Shown: piece after piece, positions 54,177-62,645 of the stretch
Position numbering within the stretch: the first letter of the stretch is position 1
How the letters are laid out: each line of letters begins with the position of its first letter
Assembly: GCA_011050465.1 (NCBI GenBank)
Contig: DRFQ01000001.1
Span: 114,860 to 178,859 of the forward strand
Reading direction: 5' to 3'
From: Candidatus Nealsonbacteria bacterium
GTDB taxonomy: Bacteria > Patescibacteriota > Minisyncoccia > Minisyncoccales > RBG-13-36-15
Length of the DNA: 64,000 nucleotides
The notes under the pieces: model-generated
What the model saw: the letters and a program-made list of their open reading frames with translations, nothing else
Database searches by the model: none
Told to the model about the DNA's origin: nothing
Program-made: the position numbers and the translations under genes

Positions 54177-56414
54177 TTACCAGCATAAAGCAGGGTCATC
54201 TCTTCGATCAGGACCGCAAATCCCAGCAGTCCAATCGGGAGCTGCATCAACACATTCAAGTTGTACACATTCTGCCGGGTAAGGATTTACTGTGTCTGGA
54301 AAATAACCCATATGGAGGTGGTCGCCTTCACTAAAACCAGTATCATCGACATGGCCAATTAAGTCTCCTTTCAAGATTCCTATGCTGGCTTCATTCGCAA
54401 GACATATATTCTCGCCACAGGTGTCTAAAAGGTGGCAATAGCGAAATTCGCCGAATTCTGTAAAAAGTCTAATGGCAATACCACAGCTGCCAAAAGGATG
54501 ATAAGCAGTAATCGTACCATCAGCTACTGCATAAACAGGATCGCCTCTTGCGGCAGAAAGATCAATTCCATGATGCCCGGGATATCCTTCCCAGCCGCAG
54601 GTAAAACCAAAACCAGGCTGAAGGGGACAACCCGCTAATTCGGGAGGCAGAGGACCGCCGCCGCCAGGGGCTGTCGTGGTGCAGCTGCCCGTAGGATATG
54701 CCGGGTTTTCTTCAGCTTCTTGCTCGCCAAGATCAGGGAACAAGCTGATATAGAGTGGAAAAAAATTGGGCCAAAAGTTGGGGTTATTGGAAAGGGTGCA
54801 ACTAGCTCCTCCTGACCAACAGCGCATAAAAGAACAAAAGTCAGTGTTATCTTCTCCGCAAAAACCGCTACAATTACTTACTATGTCGAGGAAACATTGT
54901 AATTGGGCAGGAACGCCCCGGCCAGCTGGGCAGTCTACTATTCCTAAAGTCCAACAGAGTTCACCGCCAATATCGCACGGCGTACCATCATCATCAAACC
55001 CAGACTCTTCTCCCCACATAGTTAAAATCAAAGCTTGGTTCCAGTTGTTAGCTTGCGCCCAGTTTACTATATAATCCCAGCAATCAATTCCACCAGGACA
55101 GGTTGTGTTTTTTATTGTCGGATATGTAGCAGCTAAATCTTCTTTGATGCTTGCTGGTATGTCAAAATCATTAAAATAGAGGTCAATTTCGCACTCGTTA
55201 CAACCAGCGAGGGTATCTAAGATGGGGAAGGAAGGCCAACCCCCGCTGGCCATTAGCTCTTTTACTTGTTCTTCGTCAGTATAAAAAGTAGCAGGGTCGC
55301 CTTTTCCCCTAATCGTCTGGCCCAAAAAAGTAAAGGGAACAATCTCCACATCTCCGCCCAGTTCCAGTATAATCTGTTTCATCTCCAACATATTGTCGTA
55401 ATTTATGGGGTAAATCGTTTCTCTGATGATTTTTATCCCTAATTCTAATCTCTGGTTATCTTTTTTGAAACTGGTCAGATCGGGAAGTATTGCTTCCATT
55501 TCAGCCGCCAAAACCGCAGCCAGATTGCGAATATCTATTTTTAGATTTTCAGCGTCATCTCGTTTATCCAAACAAGGTTCGCCCGTGCAAATCACTGGCT
55601 CTGGATCCCAGTCCTGACAGGGACCTCCACAAAACTCAACGTCTAAACAGGGATCACCTGCACATTGCATCGGCAGACAATAATTTAACCCAAAATCAGG
55701 AGGAGGATCAGCACCGGATTGTCCAAGATCGCACTCTGAAGGATCGGGTTCGGTGTTGCCGCATACATTACAAGGATTATTGATTATGTCTTCAAATTGG
55801 ATTGTTTTGTCGGAAATTTGTGCTGAGAGGTTCTTAATGCTCTGGGCAGAACTATTGAGTCGATTTAGCCTGTTTGATTCTAAAACCCTTTCGATTAACT
55901 TTCCAATGGGAATTTCATAGAGTCTATAAACTTTGGCCGTTAACTGAAGCGGTTTAATTGGCACCATACAAACTCCACCATTACATTCCTGGCCTTCGTA
56001 ACAATCTGCATCAACACTGCATTCTAAGGCGAGGTCAAGAGGGCCGATGCGTAAAATGGTTAATTCGGGGTTAACAGCCACTAAAAATAAATAAGAGCCC
56101 AGTAAAATCATTAAACCGACAATTCCAGCTGTGATTTGGTCTTTGGCGTCTGACATGGCAGCTGGTTGGCCTACTGAAAACATATAACGAAAGCCGCCAT
56201 ATATTAGAGAGAAAAAAGCTATCAGGCCGGCAATAATTAGTGCGAAGTTATAAATATATTTTATATATTCCGGCAAAGTAGGTTCTGCCGGAAGAGGCGC
56301 TCCCGGGATGGTTGGATAGGTAACCTCTAAGTCCTGGGCAAAAACAAAAACAGCAAAAAACAGGAGGAAAGAAACTAAAAAAATTAATTTGTATTTTTTT
56401 ACTTTCTTGTTCAT
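54177..56414 (-). CDS. Secreted protein: VirB2-like pilin module + Cys-rich region + C-terminal M23 (LytM) peptidase
   Basis: 745 aa; N-terminus 'LPEYIKYIYNFALIIAGLIAFFSLIYGGFRYMFSVGQPAAMSDAKDQITAGIVGLMILLGSYLFLVAVNPE' paralogous to the 496-aa protein; M23 motifs 'HHGIDL...DPVYAVADG' and 'GDHLHMGYF'. Confidence 0.7.
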   Translation of the reverse strand: MNKKVKKYKLIFLVSFLLFFAVFVFAQDLEVTYPTIPGAPLPAEPTLPEYIKYIYNFALIIAGLIAFFSLIYGGFRYMFSVGQPAAMSDAKDQITAGIVGLMILLGSYLFLVAVNPELTILRIGPLDLALECSVDADCYEGQECNGGVCMVPIKPLQLTAKVYRLYEIPIGKLIERVLESNRLNRLNSSAQSIKNLSAQISDKTIQFEDIINNPCNVCGNTEPDPSECDLGQSGADPPPDFGLNYCLPMQCAGDPCLDVEFCGGPCQDWDPEPVICTGEPCLDKRDDAENLKIDIRNLAAVLAAEMEAILPDLTSFKKDNQRLELGIKIIRETIYPINYDNMLEMKQIILELGGDVEIVPFTFLGQTIRGKGDPATFYTDEEQVKELMASGGWPSFPILDTLAGCNECEIDLYFNDFDIPASIKEDLAATYPTIKNTTCPGGIDCWDYIVNWAQANNWNQALILTMWGEESGFDDDGTPCDIGGELCWTLGIVDCPAGRGVPAQLQCFLDIVSNCSGFCGEDNTDFCSFMRCWSGGASCTLSNNPNFWPNFFPLYISLFPDLGEQEAEENPAYPTGSCTTTAPGGGGPLPPELAGCPLQPGFGFTCGWEGYPGHHGIDLSAARGDPVYAVADGTITAYHPFGSCGIAIRLFTEFGEFRYCHLLDTCGENICLANEASIGILKGDLIGHVDDTGFSEGDHLHMGYFPDTVNPYPAECVQLECVDAAPDWTAGICGPDRRDDPALCW

Positions 56415-56833
56415 TGCTTAAGTTCGAAATAAACCAATAGAACCCAGAGAGGGAGCATTCCCACAATAGGGATGAACTCTATGGCAATTAGCAGGGGTCT
56501 TAACCATCTTAGTCTTTTTGCCCATTTGGCTGCTTTTCCTAATCTGGCCGTTGCCCCCCGGGTGGCTTTAAGCTGTCCAGAGCGGGAATAAATCCAGCCC
56601 CCGATTACAAGTATTGCGACGATATCAAGAATAAGAAGACTTCCAATGAAGAAATCGATTATATCTATTATAGCGGCAAGAGGCAGCATAATCAATCCTG
56701 CCGGGCTAAGTAGAGCTCCTTGTCTTTCGATTTCTGCCGTTTCTATTTGTTCTTTTATTTTCTTTTCTAGAGATTTATTTTTCTTTTCTAAAGGCTTAGT
56801 AGTCGTTTTTAAAGATTTAATAGCCATAGTCAT
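56411..56833 (-). CDS. Small polytopic membrane protein (type-IV-secretion-associated; VirB3-like by context)
   Basis: 140 aa, 3 predicted TM; 4-nt overlap with the upstream gene, suggesting translational coupling. Confidence 0.45.
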   Translation of the reverse strand: MTMAIKSLKTTTKPLEKKNKSLEKKIKEQIETAEIERQGALLSPAGLIMLPLAAIIDIIDFFIGSLLILDIVAILVIGGWIYSRSGQLKATRGATARLGKAAKWAKRLRWLRPLLIAIEFIPIVGMLPLWVLLVYFELKQ

Positions 56834-56872
56834 TATCTTTTTTCTTTACCCGCTCAAGTTTTCCCAAAAAAT

Positions 56873-58678
56873 TTAGGTGGGTTTACCCAGTTCTTTCTTT
56901 GCTTTTCTTATTTTCAGGATTTCTTCGGGAGTAGTAGTGATTAACTGATCTTCCCCGTAAGAGGCAACGATCTTGAGCGCCACATGTTTTTGGCCGGCAA
57001 AAAACAATCCTTCTCCGACCGATGATTCTAATAATAAATATTTTTCTTCTTCAGTCAGATTAAAAGTTTTTTTAACAATGTCTATGGTGGCAGGGCTTTG
57101 TTTCATTAAAAGCTGTAGGGCGGAGTTGGCGATTATTGGTTGGCCGTATTCTGATTTCATAAAATCATTTACATCCTGGGTAATCGTTGTTACTCCCAAC
57201 CAGTACTTTCTTGCTCTTTTTGCTATTCCAAACAAGAAAGAAGCCCCATCTTCGGTCTGCATTAACCACCAGGCCTCGTCTACCACTAAAATTCTTTTTT
57301 TCAATTTTGAGCGGATGGTATTCCAAACATACCTCAAGACTATAAACATTGCCATTTGTTTTAATTCTTCTTCCATGTCTCTGATGCCAAAACAGACAAA
57401 GTGGCCCGTTGTTTTAATGTTTGATGGCTGGTTGAAAAAACTGGCAAAAGTTCCTCGGGTAAATTTTCTCACCCTTGTAACCAGACTTTCTGCTCCTTCC
57501 ATGCTATCCAAAACGGATTCTAAATCTTGCATTAAAGGCGGTTCAATCTTAGAAAAATCAGACTCCGGAGTAATATCTTTAGCGGCATAAGTTTCGGTTA
57601 AAGCCCGGTCAATGATAGCATCTTCTTCCGGGGTTAATCCCCCCAGCATAATTCTCAAAAGACCAACCAAGTTGATAATATTCGATCTTAAAATATCTTC
57701 CGGTCTTTCATCTTCTCTGGGAATTGGCAAATCAAAAGGATTAAGGTGATTGGGAGAGGTCAGGGAAATTTTAAAGAAGGAGCCGTCAACAGCATCAGAC
57801 AAAGACTCATATTCATTTTCAGGGTCAATAATAATAACATCTACGCCCTGCATTAGAAGTCGTAAAATTTCTAATTTTACTGCATAACTTTTTCCTCCGC
57901 CTGCCTTTCCGAAAACGACCGAATTCGCATTTTCCAGACTGAAGCGGTCAAATAAGACCAAAGAATTATTGTGAAGGTTAAGGCCGTATAAAATCCCTTC
58001 ATTTGAAGAAAGGTCAAAAGAGATAAAAGGAAAACAACTTGAAAGAGGGCCGGTATTCATTGGGGTATAAACCTGCATGAGGTCTAATCCGTAAGGAGAG
58101 GTTGAGACAAACCCTTCTCTTTGCCGAAAGAGGGCCGGTTTAATGTAGATTAAGCGCGATTCAAAAATTGAACGTAGAGTATTCTCGGTATTTTTTAATT
58201 CTTGTTCGTTATCGCCATAGATAGTTAAATAAAGGCCGAATTTAAACATTCTTTCCTGGGCCGACATAAGCTTATCTCTTAAAGACTCAAGGTCTCGATA
58301 GGCTGTTTCTAGGGCGGGGTCGCGTACCAGCCCTTTTTCTTCTTTATCGATAATTTCAGATTGGATTTCGGTAACTTTTTTCCGTAGCTTCTTTAAAATT
58401 GTGCCTGTGTCAGTTGGGTTAATAAATAGTGAAATATCAAGAGGGCTTTCTAAATTTACAAGGGGTGAAAACCAGCCAGAGCCAATATATCTAGGAAAGG
58501 AGAAAACAAAAAAAGATCTGGCCATTCTATCACCGAATTTAAGATTACTTTGACCTACTTCAATAGACGAGGGCGCAATAATATCAACAGCTGTGATTGG
58601 CTCGTCTTCAAAAATTTTTTCTGGAATTTTTATTTTCTTTTTTAAAAAAGGTATTTTCATATCCCTGCGAATTACCAA
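56873..58678 (-). CDS. virB4: Type IV secretion ATPase VirB4/TrbE/TraC family
   Basis: 601 aa; N-terminal 'PSSIEVGQSNLKFGDRMARSFFVFSFPRYIGSGWFSPL' VirB4 N-domain; Walker A 'GKAGGGKSYAVK'; 'VIIIDPENEY'; Walker B 'LVVDEAW'. Confidence 0.8.
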   Translation of the reverse strand: MVIRRDMKIPFLKKKIKIPEKIFEDEPITAVDIIAPSSIEVGQSNLKFGDRMARSFFVFSFPRYIGSGWFSPLVNLESPLDISLFINPTDTGTILKKLRKKVTEIQSEIIDKEEKGLVRDPALETAYRDLESLRDKLMSAQERMFKFGLYLTIYGDNEQELKNTENTLRSIFESRLIYIKPALFRQREGFVSTSPYGLDLMQVYTPMNTGPLSSCFPFISFDLSSNEGILYGLNLHNNSLVLFDRFSLENANSVVFGKAGGGKSYAVKLEILRLLMQGVDVIIIDPENEYESLSDAVDGSFFKISLTSPNHLNPFDLPIPREDERPEDILRSNIINLVGLLRIMLGGLTPEEDAIIDRALTETYAAKDITPESDFSKIEPPLMQDLESVLDSMEGAESLVTRVRKFTRGTFASFFNQPSNIKTTGHFVCFGIRDMEEELKQMAMFIVLRYVWNTIRSKLKKRILVVDEAWWLMQTEDGASFLFGIAKRARKYWLGVTTITQDVNDFMKSEYGQPIIANSALQLLMKQSPATIDIVKKTFNLTEEEKYLLLESSVGEGLFFAGQKHVALKIVASYGEDQLITTTPEEILKIRKAKKELGKPT

Positions 58679-58724
58679 CCCTACGAATTACGAATCAGTA
58701 CGAATATACGAATTTGTAGGGTTA
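58664..58724. repeat. TACGAAT tandem repeat flanked by inverted CCCTAC/GTAGGG
   Basis: ccctgcgaattaccaaccctacgaattacgaatcagtacgaatatacgaatttgtagggtta; the central 32 nt are identical to the in-frame segment of yebC (43024-43055). Confidence 0.5.
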
Positions 58725-59366
58725 TTAGATACTTAGTTCGGGAGGAATTTCTGGGTAATAGCCAAATTCAGATTCTCTTGGGTGATGAAGACCCCAGAGA
58801 AGTTCGATTAATTCTTCGGTAGTTAGGGGAATCGCTCGTAGTCCGGATCTTCTTAATCCCAAGGCCACAAACTCCATTCTCTGCCAAAGTTGAGATTTGC
58901 ATCTTTGAAATTCTCCCTCGTTCAAAACAGACATTTTCTGGGCTTTAAGTAATTGCAGCGGAGTTTTTATCCCCTGGGCTTCAAAAATAGTGAAAGGAAC
59001 AACCACATAAAAAGATTTTGTCATTATTGTGCCTGACTCAACCAAACTCTTTATAAAATCATAATATCCACCCGTTTGAATTTTAAGCAGTTCGTTTTTC
59101 TGATTTTTTTCCAGCTCTTTTATTTTTTCAAGGTATCCCGTAATATTTAATCTCCTTGAGTGAACTAAAATTTGGCAAGGGAAATCAAGCGAATTTAAGA
59201 AATTCTGAAATTGATAGATGGTGGCATTTTGTTCGTCTTCAGATTTTAAGGCAAAATTTAAAGAAGACACCATTAAAACTCCTCTTAGGGCTCTATTTTT
59301 TAAAACAATTACCCCTTCTCTTATTTGTTTAACCTCCAAAAATTGTTGAGTAGTTGCTTGTGCCAT
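58725..59366 (-). CDS. Hypothetical protein of the type-IV locus (VirB4-N-domain-like fold suspected)
   Basis: 213 aa; 'EVKQIREGVIVLKNRALRGVLMVSSLNFALKSEDEQNATIYQFQNFLNSLDFPCQILV' resembles the N-terminal region of conjugative ATPases; no ATPase motifs. Confidence 0.4.
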   Translation of the reverse strand: MAQATTQQFLEVKQIREGVIVLKNRALRGVLMVSSLNFALKSEDEQNATIYQFQNFLNSLDFPCQILVHSRRLNITGYLEKIKELEKNQKNELLKIQTGGYYDFIKSLVESGTIMTKSFYVVVPFTIFEAQGIKTPLQLLKAQKMSVLNEGEFQRCKSQLWQRMEFVALGLRRSGLRAIPLTTEELIELLWGLHHPRESEFGYYPEIPPELSI

Positions 59367-59443
59367 AAAACTACATTGTTACATTGTCAAATTGCCACAT
59401 TGTTAAATCGAAAATTTCTGATTGGTAAATTGAATTAGAGAAT

Positions 59444-59863
59444 TTATTTCGTTTTGAGTTCAATTTGAGTTGATAAATCTTTTAAACGGCCTTGCTTGGT
59501 TATTTTCAATAAAGCAGCTGGTTCGGCTTTTTCTTTTCCGGCCTTTACTTTTTCTTTTTTATAAACAAGCCTTGGCTCTGTTTGTTTTTTTCTCCAGGTA
59601 TAGACTTTCGATGAAATATTAAAAAATACAAAGCTTATTAATACGCTTAACAAGGGCCGGTTCCCAATTTTAATTAAGGCGAAGCTGAAGGCTGTAATTG
59701 CCAGAATAAAAGCAATGACAAGGAAAAGGTAAAAATTACTTAAGATAAAATAGAGAAAAAAAATAATAATTCCAGCTCCACCAAGAAAAATAAACTGGCG
59801 CCAAGTAAAAGGACCAACTATCTTCGTTTCCATTTCAATAAATTGGGGAATAGAAAATTCCAT
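59444..59863 (-). CDS. PrgI/VirB3-like two-TM membrane protein
   Basis: 139 aa; 'VGPFTWRQFIFLGGAGIIIFFLYF' followed by a second TM and a basic tail. Confidence 0.4.
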   Translation of the reverse strand: MEFSIPQFIEMETKIVGPFTWRQFIFLGGAGIIIFFLYFILSNFYLFLVIAFILAITAFSFALIKIGNRPLLSVLISFVFFNISSKVYTWRKKQTEPRLVYKKEKVKAGKEKAEPAALLKITKQGRLKDLSTQIELKTK

Positions 59864-60004
59864 GTTGTTATTTATCTTTAAGAATAAAAAACTATTTAAT
59901 TAAACCGCGCTAAGTAATTATCTTAATTATATCACAAACAAAAAATAGTAGTAAATAACATCAAAGACAATAAACATCAAGGCGTCAAAAAGAAGACATT
60001 GTTA

Positions 60005-60032
60005 TTGACAAATTATGAGGGTATGCTATAAT
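60005..60032 (+). promoter_or_regulatory. Consensus sigma-70 promoter (TTGACA-16 nt-TATAAT) driving a structured leader
   Basis: atTTGACAaattatgagggtatgcTATAATac. Downstream leader contains hairpins ggagagagc...gctctctcc, ccgcaacaatgcgg and ctccgag-taat-ctcggag before the AGGGAGG RBS. Confidence 0.55.
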
Positions 60033-60232
60033 ACAGGCGTAAGAGGAGAGAGCAAGTATTTTCATATTAAATTCGTCATAGACGGCTCTCTCCGAGGGCC
60101 TTGTTTTTTAGGAGAGTTCTTTTTTCCGCAAAGTTCATCGAAATTGGTGGATTCTACGGAGAGAAAAACGAATTTCCGCAACAATGCGGACTCCGAGTAA
60201 TCTCGGAGAAAAAGAACAGAAAGGGAGGAAAA

Positions 60233-60586
60233 ATGGAATCCAATTCTGGCTTTGTTGTTGATGCTGGGTTTATCCTGGGAATGGTAGGCAATTACCTTGT
60301 CCTGGGGATCTTCATCCAGCGGGCAGTGGGGAAAGAAAGGTGCGGGGGTGCTCTCTGCACTTATCAAGCTTCCCACCATCCCGGGATTGAGGGTAGCCAT
60401 AGCAGCATCGCTTGGCCTCGACGGCTGGCAATCATTGTCGGCTGGCTTCCCTGGTTCGTACTCCGTGTTATCCGCTTTGTCTTCCAGACTCTGGGTTGGA
60501 CAATCAGCAGGTTCCGTCCTCGGAGGATCTGGATGAGCCTTTGTGTCACAGGCCGAGCGGTGCGCTGGACAGTCCAGGGCACCTAA
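60233..60586 (+). CDS. Possible small two-TM protein encoded in a 58%-GC islet (alternatively a structured RNA)
   Basis: Strong SD 'aagggaggaaaaATG'. 118-aa ORF 'MESNSGFVVDAGFILGMVGNYLVLGIFIQ...LAIIVGWLPWFVLRVIRFVFQTLGW' has two hydrophobic helices. All six frames are open here because of GC-richness, so coding status is unproven. Confidence 0.3.
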   Translation: MESNSGFVVDAGFILGMVGNYLVLGIFIQRAVGKERCGGALCTYQASHHPGIEGSHSSIAWPRRLAIIVGWLPWFVLRVIRFVFQTLGWTISRFRPRRIWMSLCVTGRAVRWTVQGT

Positions 60587-60751
60587 TACCAAGGGGAGGA
60601 GGGCCTCATGATTCGTAGTCGATGAGACCGCGATCTGGCCTTCCCCCCTTACCCAATTTTTCTAGCAAAGAAAATTTTTAAACTATTTAACATTATCTAA
60701 TCCGAGGAAGTCCTAAAAGGGGCTCTTTTTTATTTTTGTATTAGCAAAAAC

Positions 60752-60779
60752 TTGACAAAAAACTTAAATCTTATATAAT
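60752..60779 (+). promoter_or_regulatory. Consensus sigma-70 promoter (TTGACA-16 nt-TATAAT) for the SPFH gene
   Basis: cTTGACAaaaaacttaaatcttaTATAATtaaa; RBS aggaggtgcaaaATG. Confidence 0.5.
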
Positions 60780-60845
60780 TAAAAAGCTAAGAAAAGGAGA
60801 AATCTTGGCAAAAAGTTATTTAACAACTGCATTAGGAGGTGCAAA

Positions 60846-62018
60846 ATGGTAGCAACGATAGTAACTGGAATAGTCTTCGGAGTAGTCTTCCTTTCACTCT
60901 TCACCATTGTCTATATAAAGTTAGGATGGTGGAAGTTTCCCATAATACCCCAGATAGTGAAGCCAGAAGAGATGGCAATAAAAGTTATCCTGGGAAGACC
61001 AGAAGAGTTTTTCGACAGCGGCCTTCGCTGGATTCCTCTCTGGTTTAGCTCTCTCAGAAGGTTTCCCAAAACGATGTATAACCTGGATTATCCGGCCAGA
61101 GAGGCTGTGACTAAAAGAGAAACGATAGATGGAATAGAATATGGAGCCCAGGTATTAAAAGTAGATTCAGTAGCTTATGTGAGCTTCCCGCAGTGCTACG
61201 TATGGCTTCGGTACAAAGACCAGCAGGGGAAACTGCAAATAGCGAGGGTGAACAGCGAAACGGCCCTAACAAAGAAAAAAGATGAACTCAAGAAAGCAGG
61301 AATGACAGACATTGAAGCCAAAGGCGGGCTTGTCGAAATATACCGGCGACAGATTCCCATTGACGAAGGAAAGCTAAAGGATTTCACTGGAGAGGCAATA
61401 GTCGCAGCCCTGCGTGTAGCTATGGGTAAGGTTACCTGGAGACAGGCAACCGAGGATATTGAAGACGTTAGAAAGGCAGCTGAGGACGTTTTTAAGTCTA
61501 GCGATGGTGCTTTGCTTGCGGCAGGATTCCATCCAGACGATTTGAGACTGGCTATTGAGGAAGTAAAGCTTCCTCAAGAACTGGAGCAAGCTCTGCCAGG
61601 GCCCGACAGGGCAAGGCTAGAGGCTCAAGCGGCAAAGTTTGTTTCTCAGACTCGGGCCACCGAAACGGTCGGAACAGTCATTGAAATGATGGCTCAAAGC
61701 AGAGGCAAGTCGCTTCAGGAAGTTCAGGCGGAAATTGAAGCTGACCCCGACGCCAGAAAGGAATTCCTAGCCCTGTCCAAGGACTTGATTGTTCGAAGGA
61801 TGGGTCTTGACAAGAATGCCTACCTTGACATCCGGGTAGAGGGAGCCGATGGAATTGAGAAATCTCTCTTGAACCTTGTTGCTGCCTGGCAAAGAATGCC
61901 AGGGGGCGGAAAAGAAAAAGAAGAAAAAGAAGAAAAAAAAGGCCGTAGAAGAGTCCGCGTTCCAGGCGGAACCAGAGAGATGGATGAAGAAGAGAGAAGA
62001 AGGTATGGGATACCCTAA
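60846..62018 (+). CDS. SPFH/band-7 (stomatin/flotillin-like) membrane protein with charged C-terminal tail
   Basis: 390 aa; N-terminal TM 'IVTGIVFGVVFLSLFTIVYI', SPFH-like core, Ala/Glu-rich coiled coil, 'KEKEEKEEKKGRRR' tail. Codon usage (ATA Ile, AGA/AGG Arg, about 48% GC) differs from neighbouring genes. Confidence 0.55.
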   Translation: MVATIVTGIVFGVVFLSLFTIVYIKLGWWKFPIIPQIVKPEEMAIKVILGRPEEFFDSGLRWIPLWFSSLRRFPKTMYNLDYPAREAVTKRETIDGIEYGAQVLKVDSVAYVSFPQCYVWLRYKDQQGKLQIARVNSETALTKKKDELKKAGMTDIEAKGGLVEIYRRQIPIDEGKLKDFTGEAIVAALRVAMGKVTWRQATEDIEDVRKAAEDVFKSSDGALLAAGFHPDDLRLAIEEVKLPQELEQALPGPDRARLEAQAAKFVSQTRATETVGTVIEMMAQSRGKSLQEVQAEIEADPDARKEFLALSKDLIVRRMGLDKNAYLDIRVEGADGIEKSLLNLVAAWQRMPGGGKEKEEKEEKKGRRRVRVPGGTREMDEEERRRYGIP

Positions 62019-62068
62019 TTATAAAGGGGCGACTACTGTCGCCCCTCTTTTGTTATTTATATCAATAT

Positions 62069-62629
62069 TTATTCAAATGGTTCCCGGTAAGTATCTTCTT
62101 TCCGCGGCATAGGTTTTTCTTCTTCTAAGGGAGTTTCAGGCTTTTCTATTTTTGGTGGAACAGTCTCTGGTTCAGATGGAGCCGGAGTTTTTAAGGATTC
62201 CTCTGGCGGCGGAGGAGCAACTGGCAGAGGTTTAATCGGAACTCTTTTCCTGGTAAGAGGAGTAATTTCCCTTTCGATTACGACTTTTCTGGCAAAAGTA
62301 AGAACGTTTTTCTCAAGGTCTTTAGCTAAATCTTTTGCAATTTTCGGAGAAATATTAAAAATTTGCCGAAGTTCTTCTGGAAAATCCTTAATCATTATTT
62401 TTTCCTCAGCCATATCCTTGATAAGTCTTGCTATTTTTCTTTCCGGCTGTTTTCCAGTAATTTTCTCCTTTTCTTTAAAAGTTTGAGCTTCTTTTAACTC
62501 TTGTGCCAACTTCTCCATTATTTCTTTCGGCTCTCTGTGCAGTTTATACTTTTTCAGTATTTCTTGGATGACAAAATGAGATTCGTCCGGGAAAATTATT
62601 TCTTGATTTTTGGATAGTTTTTGAGCCAT
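62069..62629 (-). CDS. Hypothetical protein with Pro-rich C-terminus (type-IV locus)
   Basis: 186 aa; charged helical N-terminal half, 'PLPVAPPPPEESLKTPAPSEPETVPP' tail. Confidence 0.45.
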   Translation of the reverse strand: MAQKLSKNQEIIFPDESHFVIQEILKKYKLHREPKEIMEKLAQELKEAQTFKEKEKITGKQPERKIARLIKDMAEEKIMIKDFPEELRQIFNISPKIAKDLAKDLEKNVLTFARKVVIEREITPLTRKRVPIKPLPVAPPPPEESLKTPAPSEPETVPPKIEKPETPLEEEKPMPRKEDTYREPFE

Positions 62630-62645
62630 ATTTTTTACATTTTAT

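Noticed and set aside
60062-60618. Five overlapping ORFs in all frames (176 aa minus strand, 161/79/68 aa plus strand, 72 aa minus strand) across the GC-rich islet
   Set aside because: High GC removes stop codons in every frame. The 176-aa minus-strand ORF runs across the AT-rich promoter and leader. Only the plus-strand frame preceded by the AGGGAGG RBS is retained, as a low-confidence CDS.
60230-60650. RNase P RNA, tmRNA or rRNA fragment as an explanation for the GC-rich islet
   Set aside because: Searched by eye for GGAAAGUCCGG / ACAGAAnCCGGCUUA (RNase P), GGGG...UUCGAC 5' end and GGUUCGAnUCC...CCA 3' end (tmRNA), and universal 16S/23S blocks. None were present.
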